Source of the DNA: Eubacteriales bacterium
GTDB taxonomy: Bacteria > Bacillota > Clostridia > Oscillospirales > CAG-272
NCBI GenBank assembly: GCA_045658565.1
Contig: JAZOVF010000031.1
Coordinates: 64,222 to 128,221 of the forward strand
Direction of reading: 5' to 3'
DNA: 64,000 bases
The notes beneath the pieces are model-generated. The model was not told the DNA's origin. It did not search any database and was given only the letters and a program-made list of their open reading frames with translations. The translations under genes were made by a program, and so were the position numbers. Below, piece after piece: positions 55,022-63,465 of this stretch (the first letter of the stretch is position 1; each line of letters begins with the position of its first letter).

Positions 55022-56467
55022 TTATGCTAACTTATCAAGTGCTGCGTCGATTCTCTTAAGAGATTCGGTCTTGCCGATAACTTCCATAATCTCGGTAGCT
55101 CCGCCGGGAGTTGCCGCCATACCGGAAACCGCAATTCTTACGCACCACATAAGAGTACCCGTCTTTATCTGGAGCTTTTGCGCGATAGGCATAAGGGCGG
55201 CGAAGAGGGTATCGTTGTCGAAACTCTCAACACCTGTAAGGATTTGCTTTGCCTCTGTAAGAACAGTTTTTACTATCTCAAAGTCTGCAATCTTGTTCTT
55301 CTTGTTTAAGAACAGTTCCTTGTCATACTCGGGAAGAGTGATAAAGAAGTCCTTCTTTTCGTCAATCTCGGATAACTTTGAAATTCTTGTTTTTAAGAGA
55401 GATAACATTTTCTGCTTGTTTATATATGCCGGAATTTCAACTTTTACAAACTTTTCAACCGCATCGTTAAAGTCCTCGTCGGTCATTTTGTGAATATACT
55501 CGCCGTTGAACCAGAGCAGTTTTTCAAAGTCGAAAACAGAGGGAGATTTTGAAACACCGTCAATAGTGAACGCCGCCTCAAGCTCGGGGAGAGTAAAGAA
55601 CTCTGTTTCGGAATTTTTCGGGCACCAGCCGAGAAGAGAAATGTAGTTAATTATCGCTTCGGGGAGATAGCCGTCGTTTACAAGGTCCTGGAATGAAACA
55701 GCGCCGTGACGCTTAGAGAGCTTTGAAATATTGCCCTCGGCATCCTTACCCATAAGCAAGGGCAGGTGAACGTAGGTAGGTCTTTCCCAGCCGAATGCAT
55801 CGTAAAGAAGCACGTACTTTGGGGTAGAGGTAAGATACTCCGAGCCACGTACAACATGAGTAACCCCCATAAGGTGGTCGTCAACAACGTGGCAGAAGTT
55901 GTAGGTGGGGTAGCCGTCAGCCTTCATAAGAATCTGGTCCTGAAGCTCCTCGTTGTTCATAGAAATGTCTCCAAAAACCTCGTCGTGGTAGCTTGTAACA
56001 CCCTCGGTAGGCATCTTCTGGCGAATAACAAAGGGAAGCCCTGCTTTGAGATTAGCCTCAACCTCTTCCTTAGAGAGATTTCTGCAATGACGGTCATAGC
56101 CTCCAACACTATCTTCCTCGTGGAGCTGTTCAAGACGCTCCTTTGTGCAGAAGCAGTAGTATGCGTATCCAAGCTCAACAAGCTTTTTTGCATACTCCAT
56201 ATATATTTCCTTGCGCTCAGACTGAACATAAGGACCGTGCTCACCGCCAACGTCGGGACCCTCGTCATATTTAAGACCTGTTACGGCAAGGGTGGACTTA
56301 ATAACATCTGTCGCTCCTTCAACAAGTCTTTCTCTGTCGGTATCCTCTATTCTGAGAATAAACTTGCCGCCCTCGTGCTTTGAGATAAGGTAGGAATAAA
56401 GGGCAGTTCTCAGGTTTCCGATGTGCATATAGCCTGTGGGGCTGGGAGCAAATCTTGTAACTATCAT
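55022..56467 (-). CDS. gltX: glutamate--tRNA ligase
   Basis: 481-aa ORF with the HIGH motif (PSPTGYMHIGNLRTAL) and the KMSKS motif (KLSKRHG). Confidence 0.95.
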   Translation of the reverse strand: MIVTRFAPSPTGYMHIGNLRTALYSYLISKHEGGKFILRIEDTDRERLVEGATDVIKSTLAVTGLKYDEGPDVGGEHGPYVQSERKEIYMEYAKKLVELGYAYYCFCTKERLEQLHEEDSVGGYDRHCRNLSKEEVEANLKAGLPFVIRQKMPTEGVTSYHDEVFGDISMNNEELQDQILMKADGYPTYNFCHVVDDHLMGVTHVVRGSEYLTSTPKYVLLYDAFGWERPTYVHLPLLMGKDAEGNISKLSKRHGAVSFQDLVNDGYLPEAIINYISLLGWCPKNSETEFFTLPELEAAFTIDGVSKSPSVFDFEKLLWFNGEYIHKMTDEDFNDAVEKFVKVEIPAYINKQKMLSLLKTRISKLSEIDEKKDFFITLPEYDKELFLNKKNKIADFEIVKTVLTEAKQILTGVESFDNDTLFAALMPIAQKLQIKTGTLMWCVRIAVSGMAATPGGATEIMEVIGKTESLKRIDAALDKLA

Positions 56468-56617
56468 TTTATATACGTCCTTTCAGGGTTATCGCTTTTA
56501 ATCTTTTCTATTTTACCATAAAAAGTTAATTGAGTCAACAATATTAACAAAAAATATTTGACTTAGGAGCTTTACTGTGATAAAATTAAAGTGAAAAATT
56601 ATTTGTGAGGTGAAAGA

Positions 56618-58081
56618 ATGTTCAAATCCTCCTTTGCAAAGCATATTTCTGCCTTTGTACTTATAATATTTGCCAGCTTTTTAATCCTTTCGGGCATAAT
56701 CAGTACAATGATTCGCCGTTATGCCGACGACTCCAGAGAAGAAAAGCTGGATATGGCATCCAAAATTGTAATTGATTATATAAACGACGAAGCAATTGTT
56801 AACCTTGATATAGCGGTGCGTAACGGCCCTCTTCCGAAAATAATTGAGGCAATGGTACGCACCGACTCACAGTATGATATTATTGTGGCAAATGCCGAAG
56901 GTGAAATCATTCTCTCCAGTATTACCGAGGGAGAGGAGGAGCTGAAGGTCGGAAAGAGACTAGGAGACCTGCCTAAAGGACTCTTTAAGCCTGCTGAGAA
57001 CGAGACATATCTTGTTCATAACGGTGACCTTGGCGGTTTTCTTCCCGAAAAGTCTATGGTTTTTTTGAGAGAGGTCATAATTAACGGTGATGTAGCGGGA
57101 TACGTCGCAGCACTTGCCTCTGCCGTAAGAGAGGATAACCTTGTAAGTATAACCAGAAACGCTCTTATGCATAGTGCAATATGGGTAATGCTTGCTGCAT
57201 TTATTGCCGCATATTTTATCACCGAGCGTATAGTTCATCCCCTGCGTGTTATGACAAAGGCGACAAAGGAAATGGCTAAGGGCGATTTCTCTGCAAGGGT
57301 TACTGTTTACGGTGCAGACGAGGTTGCCGAGCTTGGTAGAGCGTTTAATAATATGGCAGAGTCCTTAGACAGCCTTGAAAAAATGCGAAATTCATTCCTA
57401 GCCAATGTCTCTCACGATTTAAGAACACCAATGACAACCATATCCGGCTTTATTGACGGTATAACCTCCGGGGCAATCCCCCCCGAAAAGCACGACTATT
57501 ACCTTGGCGTTATCTCTGCCGAGGTTCACAGGCTATCCCGCCTTGTTTCTCAGTTGCTCGATATTTCAAAGCTGGAGTCGGGTGAGCGAAAGTTTAGTTT
57601 CACGGAGTTTGACGTCGCTGAGCTGGCAAGAATAATTCTTATCTCCTTTGAGCAAAAGATAGAAGAAAAGCGGCTTGATGTTGAGTTTATTGCGGAAGAG
57701 GACGAAATGCTTGTTACAGCGGATAAGGACGCTATTCACCAGGTTTTGTATAACCTTTGCCACAATGCCATAAAGTTCTCTAAGGAGGGGGGAAGATTTG
57801 TAATCTCGCTTTCCCGCATTCAAGGCAAGAAGATAAGAATTTCTGTCTTTGATGAGGGGCAGGGTATTGCCAACGAGGACAAAAAAATGGTCTTTGACCG
57901 TTTCTACAAAACAGACAAAAGCCGCGGACTTGATAAGAGCGGTGTAGGACTTGGACTCTATATATGTAAAACTATTATTGATGCCCATGAGGAAAACATC
58001 TGGGTAGAGTCCGAGGGGGACGAGAACTGCGAGTTTATCTTCACCTTAAAGGAATCGCAGAAAAATCAGAAGAAAAAATAA
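56618..58081 (+). CDS. sensor histidine kinase (2 TM, HAMP, HisKA, HATPase_c)
   Basis: 487-aa ORF with the H-box FLANVSHDLRTPMTTI, N-box LYNLCHNAIKFS and G-boxes DEGQGI / GVGLGL. No adjacent response regulator. Confidence 0.9.
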   Translation: MFKSSFAKHISAFVLIIFASFLILSGIISTMIRRYADDSREEKLDMASKIVIDYINDEAIVNLDIAVRNGPLPKIIEAMVRTDSQYDIIVANAEGEIILSSITEGEEELKVGKRLGDLPKGLFKPAENETYLVHNGDLGGFLPEKSMVFLREVIINGDVAGYVAALASAVREDNLVSITRNALMHSAIWVMLAAFIAAYFITERIVHPLRVMTKATKEMAKGDFSARVTVYGADEVAELGRAFNNMAESLDSLEKMRNSFLANVSHDLRTPMTTISGFIDGITSGAIPPEKHDYYLGVISAEVHRLSRLVSQLLDISKLESGERKFSFTEFDVAELARIILISFEQKIEEKRLDVEFIAEEDEMLVTADKDAIHQVLYNLCHNAIKFSKEGGRFVISLSRIQGKKIRISVFDEGQGIANEDKKMVFDRFYKTDKSRGLDKSGVGLGLYICKTIIDAHEENIWVESEGDENCEFIFTLKESQKNQKKK

Positions 58082-58096
58082 AAAGGAGACATACTT

Positions 58097-59320
58097 ATGG
58101 GCGGGCGAGTAATACTTCATTGTGATTGCAACAGCTTTTTTGCCTCTGTTGAAACCGTTCTCAATCCTGCCTATAAGAATGTTCCAATGGCGGTCTGCGG
58201 AAGCGAAGAGGACCGCCACGGCATAGTCCTTGCTAAAAACGAGTTGGCAAAGCGGTACGGAATTCAGACTGCCGAGACCGTGTGGTCGGCTAAAAGAAAA
58301 TGCCCCGGCCTTGTAATAGCATCGCCTCATCACGAGGAATATGTAAAATATTCACGCAGAGTAAACGAAATCTACGCAAGATATACCGATATGATAGAGC
58401 CATTTGGTATTGACGAAAGTTGGCTTGATGTTACCGCCTCAAAAAAGCTCTTTGGCACAGGCGAAGAGATTGCCGAAAGGATAAGGCGAGAGGTAAAGGA
58501 TGAGATAGGAATAACCGTTTCTATCGGTGTTTCCTTTAATAAAGTGTTTGCAAAGCTGGGCAGTGATTACAAAAAGCCTGACGCAATTACTCTAATAAAC
58601 GAGGATAATTTTAGGCAGATTGTATTTCCTCTCCCCGCGTCAGATTTGCTCTTTGTTGGAAAAAGAACCGCTGAGCAGCTTTCGAGTATGGGTATTCGTA
58701 CCATTGGTGAGCTTGCCTCAGCAAGCCCTGAGCTGCTTTGCCACAAGTTTGGTAAAATGGGCGAGATGCTTTATAAGTATTCAAACGGCCTTGACGACAG
58801 CCCTGTTTCGGCAGAGCAGGAGGATGCAAAAAGCATTGGCTCAGGCTTTACCTTTAAGCACGACCTTATGAGCACAGATGAGTGCAGAATAGGTATAGAT
58901 TATCTTGCTGACGACATAGGTAGAAGATTAAGAAAATCCGGTATGAAGTGCGAGACCGTGCAGCTGACGATAAAAGACGAATTTTTGTCAGTGCTCCAAC
59001 GTCAAAGACCAATAACTCCCCCCACCGATATTGCAAGAGCAATTGCAGATACCGCCTATTCAATACTCCTTGACGAATGGCAAAAAGGAAAGCCTATACG
59101 TATGCTTACCGTTACCGCCACAAACCTTGTACATTCAGAAACTTATGCCGAGCAGATGGACCTATTTGGTGAGGAAGAATATAAAGAAAGAGAGAGAAGC
59201 AAAAAGAGGGAAGAAACCATAGACGAAATCCGAAAAAAATACGGCTCCTCGTCGATAGTCCAAGGCTCAATAATGAACTCTGATATTGGAATTTATAGCC
59301 CTAAAAACCGTGGTAGGTAG
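58097..59320 (+). CDS. dinB: Y-family DNA polymerase IV
   Basis: 407-aa ORF with ILHCDCNSFFASVE, IDESWLDVT and SIGVSFNKVFAKL. Confidence 0.92.
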   Translation: MGGRVILHCDCNSFFASVETVLNPAYKNVPMAVCGSEEDRHGIVLAKNELAKRYGIQTAETVWSAKRKCPGLVIASPHHEEYVKYSRRVNEIYARYTDMIEPFGIDESWLDVTASKKLFGTGEEIAERIRREVKDEIGITVSIGVSFNKVFAKLGSDYKKPDAITLINEDNFRQIVFPLPASDLLFVGKRTAEQLSSMGIRTIGELASASPELLCHKFGKMGEMLYKYSNGLDDSPVSAEQEDAKSIGSGFTFKHDLMSTDECRIGIDYLADDIGRRLRKSGMKCETVQLTIKDEFLSVLQRQRPITPPTDIARAIADTAYSILLDEWQKGKPIRMLTVTATNLVHSETYAEQMDLFGEEEYKERERSKKREETIDEIRKKYGSSSIVQGSIMNSDIGIYSPKNRGR

Positions 59321-59370
59321 ATGTTGATTCATATTACAACAGCTATTTAAAAATATTTCTTTATAACCTC

Positions 59371-59399
59371 TTGATTTTTAAGTTTGGATATGCTATAAT
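59371..59399 (+). promoter_or_regulatory. promoter TTGATT-17nt-TGcTATAAT
   Basis: The -35 box is at 59371-59376 and the extended -10 box at 59391-59399. It predicts a transcript starting ~59406, about 200 nt upstream of tRNA-Ser. Confidence 0.6.
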
Positions 59400-59603
59400 T
59401 TAAAGGCTTGATTTTCAAAATGTACAGTATGCATCACAGAGAGGTATTTCACCTTTGGTGAAGATATCCACACCTTGCGTTTTCAAGTGAACTTGACACG
59501 CTTCGGTGGGATATGCGAAGTGGATTCGCTGAGCTGAAGCTCATCGAGCCGCTTCTCACAGGTCTCTGCATAAATATGATGCACGCTGTTGCATCATATT
59601 TAT

Positions 59604-59692
59604 GCAGAGGTATCGAAGTGGTCATAACGGGGCTGACTCGAAATCAGTTTGTGCTAACGCACACGAGGGTTCGAATCCCTCCCTCTGCGCCA
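59604..59692 (+). tRNA. tRNA-Ser (anticodon CGA)
   Basis: Manual fold: acceptor GCAGAGG/CCTCTGC, anticodon stem GCTGA/TCAGT with loop CTCGAAA, long variable arm GTGCtaacGCAC, T-arm GAGGG-TTCGAAT-CCCTC, G73-CCA. Confidence 0.9.
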
Positions 59693-59733
59693 AATAGAAG
59701 TGGCACTCCTTGTGGGTGCCATTTCTATTTGGT
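59693..59733 (+). terminator. hairpin downstream of tRNA-Ser (possible terminator)
   Basis: 14-bp stem aatagaagtggcac/gtgccatttctatt (one G-U pair). It lacks a clear T-run. Confidence 0.4.
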
Positions 59734-59833
59734 GTAGGTGAGAGGATTCTTGCCCTGCGCCGAGAGGCGCGAGGGTACTTTCTAGGGTTAGCAAAAAGTG
59801 CAAACCGCTTTCTGTTTCGGTCTGCACTTGATT

Positions 59834-60181
59834 TTATTTTATCTCAATTTTTATAGCCGATATTTGCCCGGGATAGCTCATCATCACCTGGCCGCTATAA
59901 GTAACTACAATCTTGTCTCCAACCTTAACAGAGTCTTTTGTGGATTTGTTTCCGTCAGAGTCAAAAAACGCGGTTTTATCGTTTACAAGAACGTGCATAG
60001 GCTCGTTGTTATATATTTCATCGGTTACAAGTATTGCTATTCTGTCTCCCACATCGGTAACAACACCCGCCATTTTTGCTCCGCCGTCGGGAATGGAGTC
60101 GTCATCAGTATTGTTATATTCGCAAGATATAAGCAAAAATGCAGAAAGTATTATAAGCATTAGTGTACTAAGTTTTTTCAT
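59834..60181 (-). CDS. small lipoprotein, DUF3221/YobA-like
   Basis: 115-aa ORF with a signal peptide and lipobox (LLISC). The C-terminal ...KVGDKIVVTYSGQVMMSYPGQISAIKIEI resembles DUF3221. Confidence 0.6.
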   Translation of the reverse strand: MKKLSTLMLIILSAFLLISCEYNNTDDDSIPDGGAKMAGVVTDVGDRIAILVTDEIYNNEPMHVLVNDKTAFFDSDGNKSTKDSVKVGDKIVVTYSGQVMMSYPGQISAIKIEIK

Positions 60182-60318
60182 AAAAGCCCTCTTTGATTGT
60201 GTTTATTATATTTTATCACAAAAGTGGTTTTTGTGTCAATAAGTAGAGCAAAATAATAAAGAGCAGGGCAATAAAATGTTACTCTCGGTTTTCTCCTTCA
60301 AGTCCCCCCCTTATAAAG

Positions 60319-60358
60319 CAAAAAAAGGACATACCCCATTAGGGCATATCCTCTTTGT
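60319..60358 (-). terminator. rho-independent terminator of tRNA-Leu(UAG)
   Basis: On the minus strand, AGGATATGCCCtaaTGGGGTATGTCCT (11 bp including two G-U pairs) followed by T7. Confidence 0.7.
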
Positions 60359-60359
60359 T

Positions 60360-60442
60360 TGGTGCGGGTGACAGGACTTGAACCTGCACGGGTAACCACC
60401 AGATCCTAAGTCTGGCGCGTCTGCCAGTTCCGCCACACCCGC
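60360..60442 (-). tRNA. tRNA-Leu (anticodon TAG)
   Basis: The reverse complement GCGGGTG...CACCCGCACCA folds with anticodon stem CCAGA/TCTGG, loop CTTAGGA, a long variable arm and T-loop TTCAAGT. Confidence 0.9.
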
Positions 60443-60454
60443 AAAGCCTTATAC

Positions 60455-60483
60455 ATTCTATCACAAATGAAGGCAATTGTCAA
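60455..60483 (-). promoter_or_regulatory. promoter TTGACA-17nt-TAGAAT for tRNA-Leu(UAG)
   Basis: The reverse complement reads TTGACAattgccttcatttgtgaTAGAAT, ending 12 nt upstream of the tRNA 5' end. Confidence 0.65.
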
Positions 60484-60563
60484 GGAGTATGGTTAAATTG
60501 AGTGAGGTTTATTTTTTGAAAATTTTTTCGTGCCTTTTTGTCGATATTTTCTTAAAAAAACAA

Positions 60564-60593
60564 TTGACAACACAGGCGGTTATTTGATATAAT
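60564..60593 (+). promoter_or_regulatory. promoter TTGACA-18nt-TATAAT
   Basis: The -35 box is at 60564-60569 and the -10 box at 60588-60593, upstream of the HPr-like gene. Confidence 0.55.
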
Positions 60594-60629
60594 TACTCTA
60601 GAAAATATTTTCAGAAAGGAATTTCTATT

Positions 60630-60857
60630 ATGAAAGAAATTAAAATCAAGCTTACAAATGTAAAAGACATCAGAGATTTTGTTAACGAGGTTATTCTTGT
60701 TGATTACGAGGTAGACCTTGTTCAGGGCAGATATACAATTGATGCAAAGTCAATTATGGGTATTTTTTCTCTCGATCTTCTTTCTGATATTACCCTCGTT
60801 GCTCATACAGATAACGCAGAGGCTTTCTTTGCAAAGATTGCTAGGTTCACAGCTTAA
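60630..60857 (+). CDS. HPr-like protein lacking the His15 site (Ser46 region retained)
   Basis: 75-aa ORF. DAKSIMGIFSLDL matches the HPr Ser46 region (KSIMG), and there is no histidine at the position aligned with His15. Confidence 0.6.
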   Translation: MKEIKIKLTNVKDIRDFVNEVILVDYEVDLVQGRYTIDAKSIMGIFSLDLLSDITLVAHTDNAEAFFAKIARFTA

Positions 60858-60894
60858 ATCTTAAAAACAACCAAAACAAATAAGGGAGATTTGT

Positions 60895-61905
60895 ATGAAA
60901 AAAATATTCATTTTTCTTGCTCTTTCTATCTCTCTTTTAGTCTTTTCTTCCTGTGAATTTGTACCGGATACCGGTGCTGGTAACGGCCTTTTAGGAGGTT
61001 TGAGCACCCCGGGCAATACAGACAACTCAGGCTCCGGCACTTCAGAAAAATCTATAACTGTTGAATTTGTTATAGACGGTGTAAAGGAGACAAAGAGCTT
61101 CGATGTTGGTGAAAAAATTGCATATCCAACCCCTCCCGAAAAAGATAATTATATTTTCTCCGGCTGGTTCTATGACGAGGCGGGGGAGAATCCTGCCTAC
61201 CTTGGTACTTCACTTTCGGACAAGGTGACCCTTTATGCCTGTTACACCTTTGATTACCGCGAGGCTTTAAACAAAATATCTTCGGAGTATATTAAGGCCT
61301 GTGTCGGAATTGAGGTTATTCACGCAAAGACAACATTCGGTGTTCCCACAGACACCCACAAGGTTACGGGAAGCGGTGTAATATTTGAAGAAAAAGACGG
61401 CATATACTATGTTTTAACCAACTGCCACGTTACAAGGAATGTCAGCGGATTTAACTCCAGAGAATATTCTGTAATCGATTGCTTCGGAAATTCTCGTACT
61501 GCTACCGTTTTAGCGCAGAATGCTGAATATGATCTGGCACTTCTTGCTGTAAAAAAGGAAAATGTAGCTCTTGCTACGCTCTCCTTTTCTGATACCACGT
61601 CAAAACTCGGTGATGTTGTAATAGCTGTCGGCTCTCCCGGCGGTCTCGATAACAATATCACTTTTGGTAATGTAAACGAGATTGAACGTCAGGAGACCTC
61701 TGCTGTTGGTTATCTCGACTTTCCTGTTATCTGGCACGATGCGCCCATGGACCACGGCTCAAGCGGCGGTGTTCTTATGAATGACAGGTTTCAGATTGTT
61801 GGTATCAACTATGCGGTGGGAACATCTGCATCCACAGGTGATTTTATCTGCGGTCTTGCTGTTCCTTGCGATAAGGTTCTGGAATTTATTAACGCAAACA
61901 AATAA
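60895..61905 (+). CDS. lipoprotein trypsin-like (S1C) serine protease with Listeria-Bacteroides-type repeat
   Basis: 336-aa ORF with a lipobox (VFSSC), the repeat FSGWFYDEAGENP, a catalytic His (LTNCHV), Asp (DLALL) and Ser (DHGSSGGVL). Confidence 0.75.
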   Translation: MKKIFIFLALSISLLVFSSCEFVPDTGAGNGLLGGLSTPGNTDNSGSGTSEKSITVEFVIDGVKETKSFDVGEKIAYPTPPEKDNYIFSGWFYDEAGENPAYLGTSLSDKVTLYACYTFDYREALNKISSEYIKACVGIEVIHAKTTFGVPTDTHKVTGSGVIFEEKDGIYYVLTNCHVTRNVSGFNSREYSVIDCFGNSRTATVLAQNAEYDLALLAVKKENVALATLSFSDTTSKLGDVVIAVGSPGGLDNNITFGNVNEIERQETSAVGYLDFPVIWHDAPMDHGSSGGVLMNDRFQIVGINYAVGTSASTGDFICGLAVPCDKVLEFINANK

Positions 61906-61973
61906 AAAAATATGCTTGCATTAGGTGTTTTTTTCATTGATGACACTTTATGCAAGCATATTTTTTATATAGG

Positions 61974-62717
61974 TTATAAAAGGATATAAATTCCCTCGAG
62001 GAGTGCAAGGTGCAGGGGATAAAATATGTAGAAGAAATATTTGAGCTTTGCCTTTCCGCGTTTACCTGAGTATAAAAGCAGAATGGGTAGGGCAGCAAAG
62101 AGAAACGGACTAACAAGACGGTCGCCTGCTCTCATATTACGAAGCACTACAAAAAATACCGGAATAAAGAGAGAAAGTATTCGTAATGGCAGGGAATCAA
62201 GCTTTTTGAGCTTTTCGGGAATGTTAATGTCTCTAAGGTCAAATATGGCGGCAAAAACAGGAGCGAGACAGCCCGCAAAGCCGTAATCAATATGTACAAG
62301 CTCTGTAAAAAGGTATACAACAGTAATAAGAGTGGCAAGAATAAGACCTTTTAGTATTATAGAAGCCACAGAGCGCACCTCAGAAAAGAGGGATTTCTTA
62401 AAATCCTTTAACGCATAGATTATAAGGATAGAAAGTGAAAAGGTAATAAGAATGTTAAAAGGCTCAAAGCCGCCTGTAAGTATATACACCGCTTGACATA
62501 TTACAGAAAGAATGAATACCGACAAAAAATAGCGGAGTTTATCTTTTGTATACCTTGCTCCCTCTGAAATCATAAAGGCGAATATTGGAAAAGAAAGTCT
62601 GCCTATGATTCTGAAAATAGGAAACCCGGGAAAAAGCAGCACACCCATATGGTCAATAAGCATTGCTAAGGCGGCTATGATTTTTAGCACATTACCGCTT
62701 AATACATTTATCTTCAT
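61974..62717 (-). CDS. TraX-family membrane protein
   Basis: 247-aa multi-TM ORF. The N-terminal LKIIAALAMLIDHMG motif is typical of the TraX family. Confidence 0.7.
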   Translation of the reverse strand: MKINVLSGNVLKIIAALAMLIDHMGVLLFPGFPIFRIIGRLSFPIFAFMISEGARYTKDKLRYFLSVFILSVICQAVYILTGGFEPFNILITFSLSILIIYALKDFKKSLFSEVRSVASIILKGLILATLITVVYLFTELVHIDYGFAGCLAPVFAAIFDLRDINIPEKLKKLDSLPLRILSLFIPVFFVVLRNMRAGDRLVSPFLFAALPILLLYSGKRGKAKLKYFFYIFYPLHLALLEGIYILL

Positions 62718-62791
62718 AAAAATGTTCCTTTGTTTTTATAGCTTTATTTTATAACAAATACTTGAATATGTCAATAAAAAAGAAAAAACTA

Positions 62792-62850
62792 TTGACTTTT
62801 ACAGAGAATGAGGGTATAATAATATCAAACAGTTGAACAACCGTTCAACC
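62792..62850 (+). promoter_or_regulatory. promoter TTGACT-17nt-TATAAT plus palindromic operator TTGAACaaccGTTCAA
   Basis: The -35 box is at 62792-62797 and the -10 box at 62815-62820. A 6-4-6 palindrome lies just downstream, as expected for ArsR/SmtB autoregulation. Confidence 0.55.
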
Positions 62851-62864
62851 GAAAGAGGTTTTAA

Positions 62865-63230
62865 ATGAATTTGTACGAAAAAAGCCCACCCGCCTGCGAG
62901 TGTGAGGAGCTGCATTCTGAGGTTATTGAAAAAAAGAGGCAGGAAATGCCCGATGAGGAGATGCTCTACGACCTTTCCGATTTCTTTAAAATTTTCGGGG
63001 ACTCAACCAGAATGAGCATTCTCTTTGCGATAGACGGTGAGCCTATGTGCGTTTGTGATATTGCCGAGCTTCTCGGTATGACAAAGTCGGCAGTCTCCCA
63101 CCAACTTAAAATTTTGAGGCAAAGCGACCTTATAACCTACCGAAAGTCGGGCAAAAACGTCTTTTATACCCTGGCTGACGACCACGTGAGGGATATTATT
63201 GAAAAAGCCCTTGAGCATATTAAAGAATAA
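62865..63230 (+). CDS. ArsR/SmtB-family metalloregulator
   Basis: 121-aa ORF with FKIFGDSTRMSILF, the metal site PMCVCDIAELLGMTKSAVSHQLKILR, and extra N-terminal Cys residues (CECEE). Confidence 0.85.
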   Translation: MNLYEKSPPACECEELHSEVIEKKRQEMPDEEMLYDLSDFFKIFGDSTRMSILFAIDGEPMCVCDIAELLGMTKSAVSHQLKILRQSDLITYRKSGKNVFYTLADDHVRDIIEKALEHIKE

Positions 63231-63249
63231 TTTTGTGAGGTAAATAAAA

Positions 63250-63465
63250 ATGAAAATTAAGTATAACATTATTGGACTTGATTGCCCCAACTGCGCGGCA
63301 AAGCTTGCGTCACAGATTGAGGCGACAGAGGGAATTGACTCGGCAAAGATAAACTTTCTTACCGAAAAGATGACTGTTGAAACAGGTCTTGACGAGTCCG
63401 AGGCATACAACGTTATTTTGAAAGTCTGCCTTGCCTTTGACGACGACCTAAAGCTGGAAAAATGA
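63250..63465 (+). CDS. heavy-metal-associated (HMA) domain protein
   Basis: 71-aa ORF with the metal-binding motif GLDCPNCAAK. Its stop overlaps the ATPase start (ATGA). Confidence 0.8.
   Translation: MKIKYNIIGLDCPNCAAKLASQIEATEGIDSAKINFLTEKMTVETGLDESEAYNVILKVCLAFDDDLKLEK

Noticed and set aside
59405-59603. Whether the tRNA-Ser leader is a T-box, SRP RNA, 6S RNA, RNase P RNA or a second tRNA.
   Set aside because: It has no T-box sequence (…GGUGGUACCGCG…) or specifier architecture, no SRP domain IV motif (GGAAGCAGCC) and no RNase P GAGGAAAGUCC. The tRNA-like stretch GCGAAGTGGATTCGC-TGAGCTGAAGCTCA has only a 4-nt loop where an anticodon loop would be. It stays unclassified.
59513-59737. Tracked 74-aa ORF.
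   Set aside because: It runs straight through the tRNA-Ser(CGA) gene and its flanking hairpins and has no SD. It is spurious.
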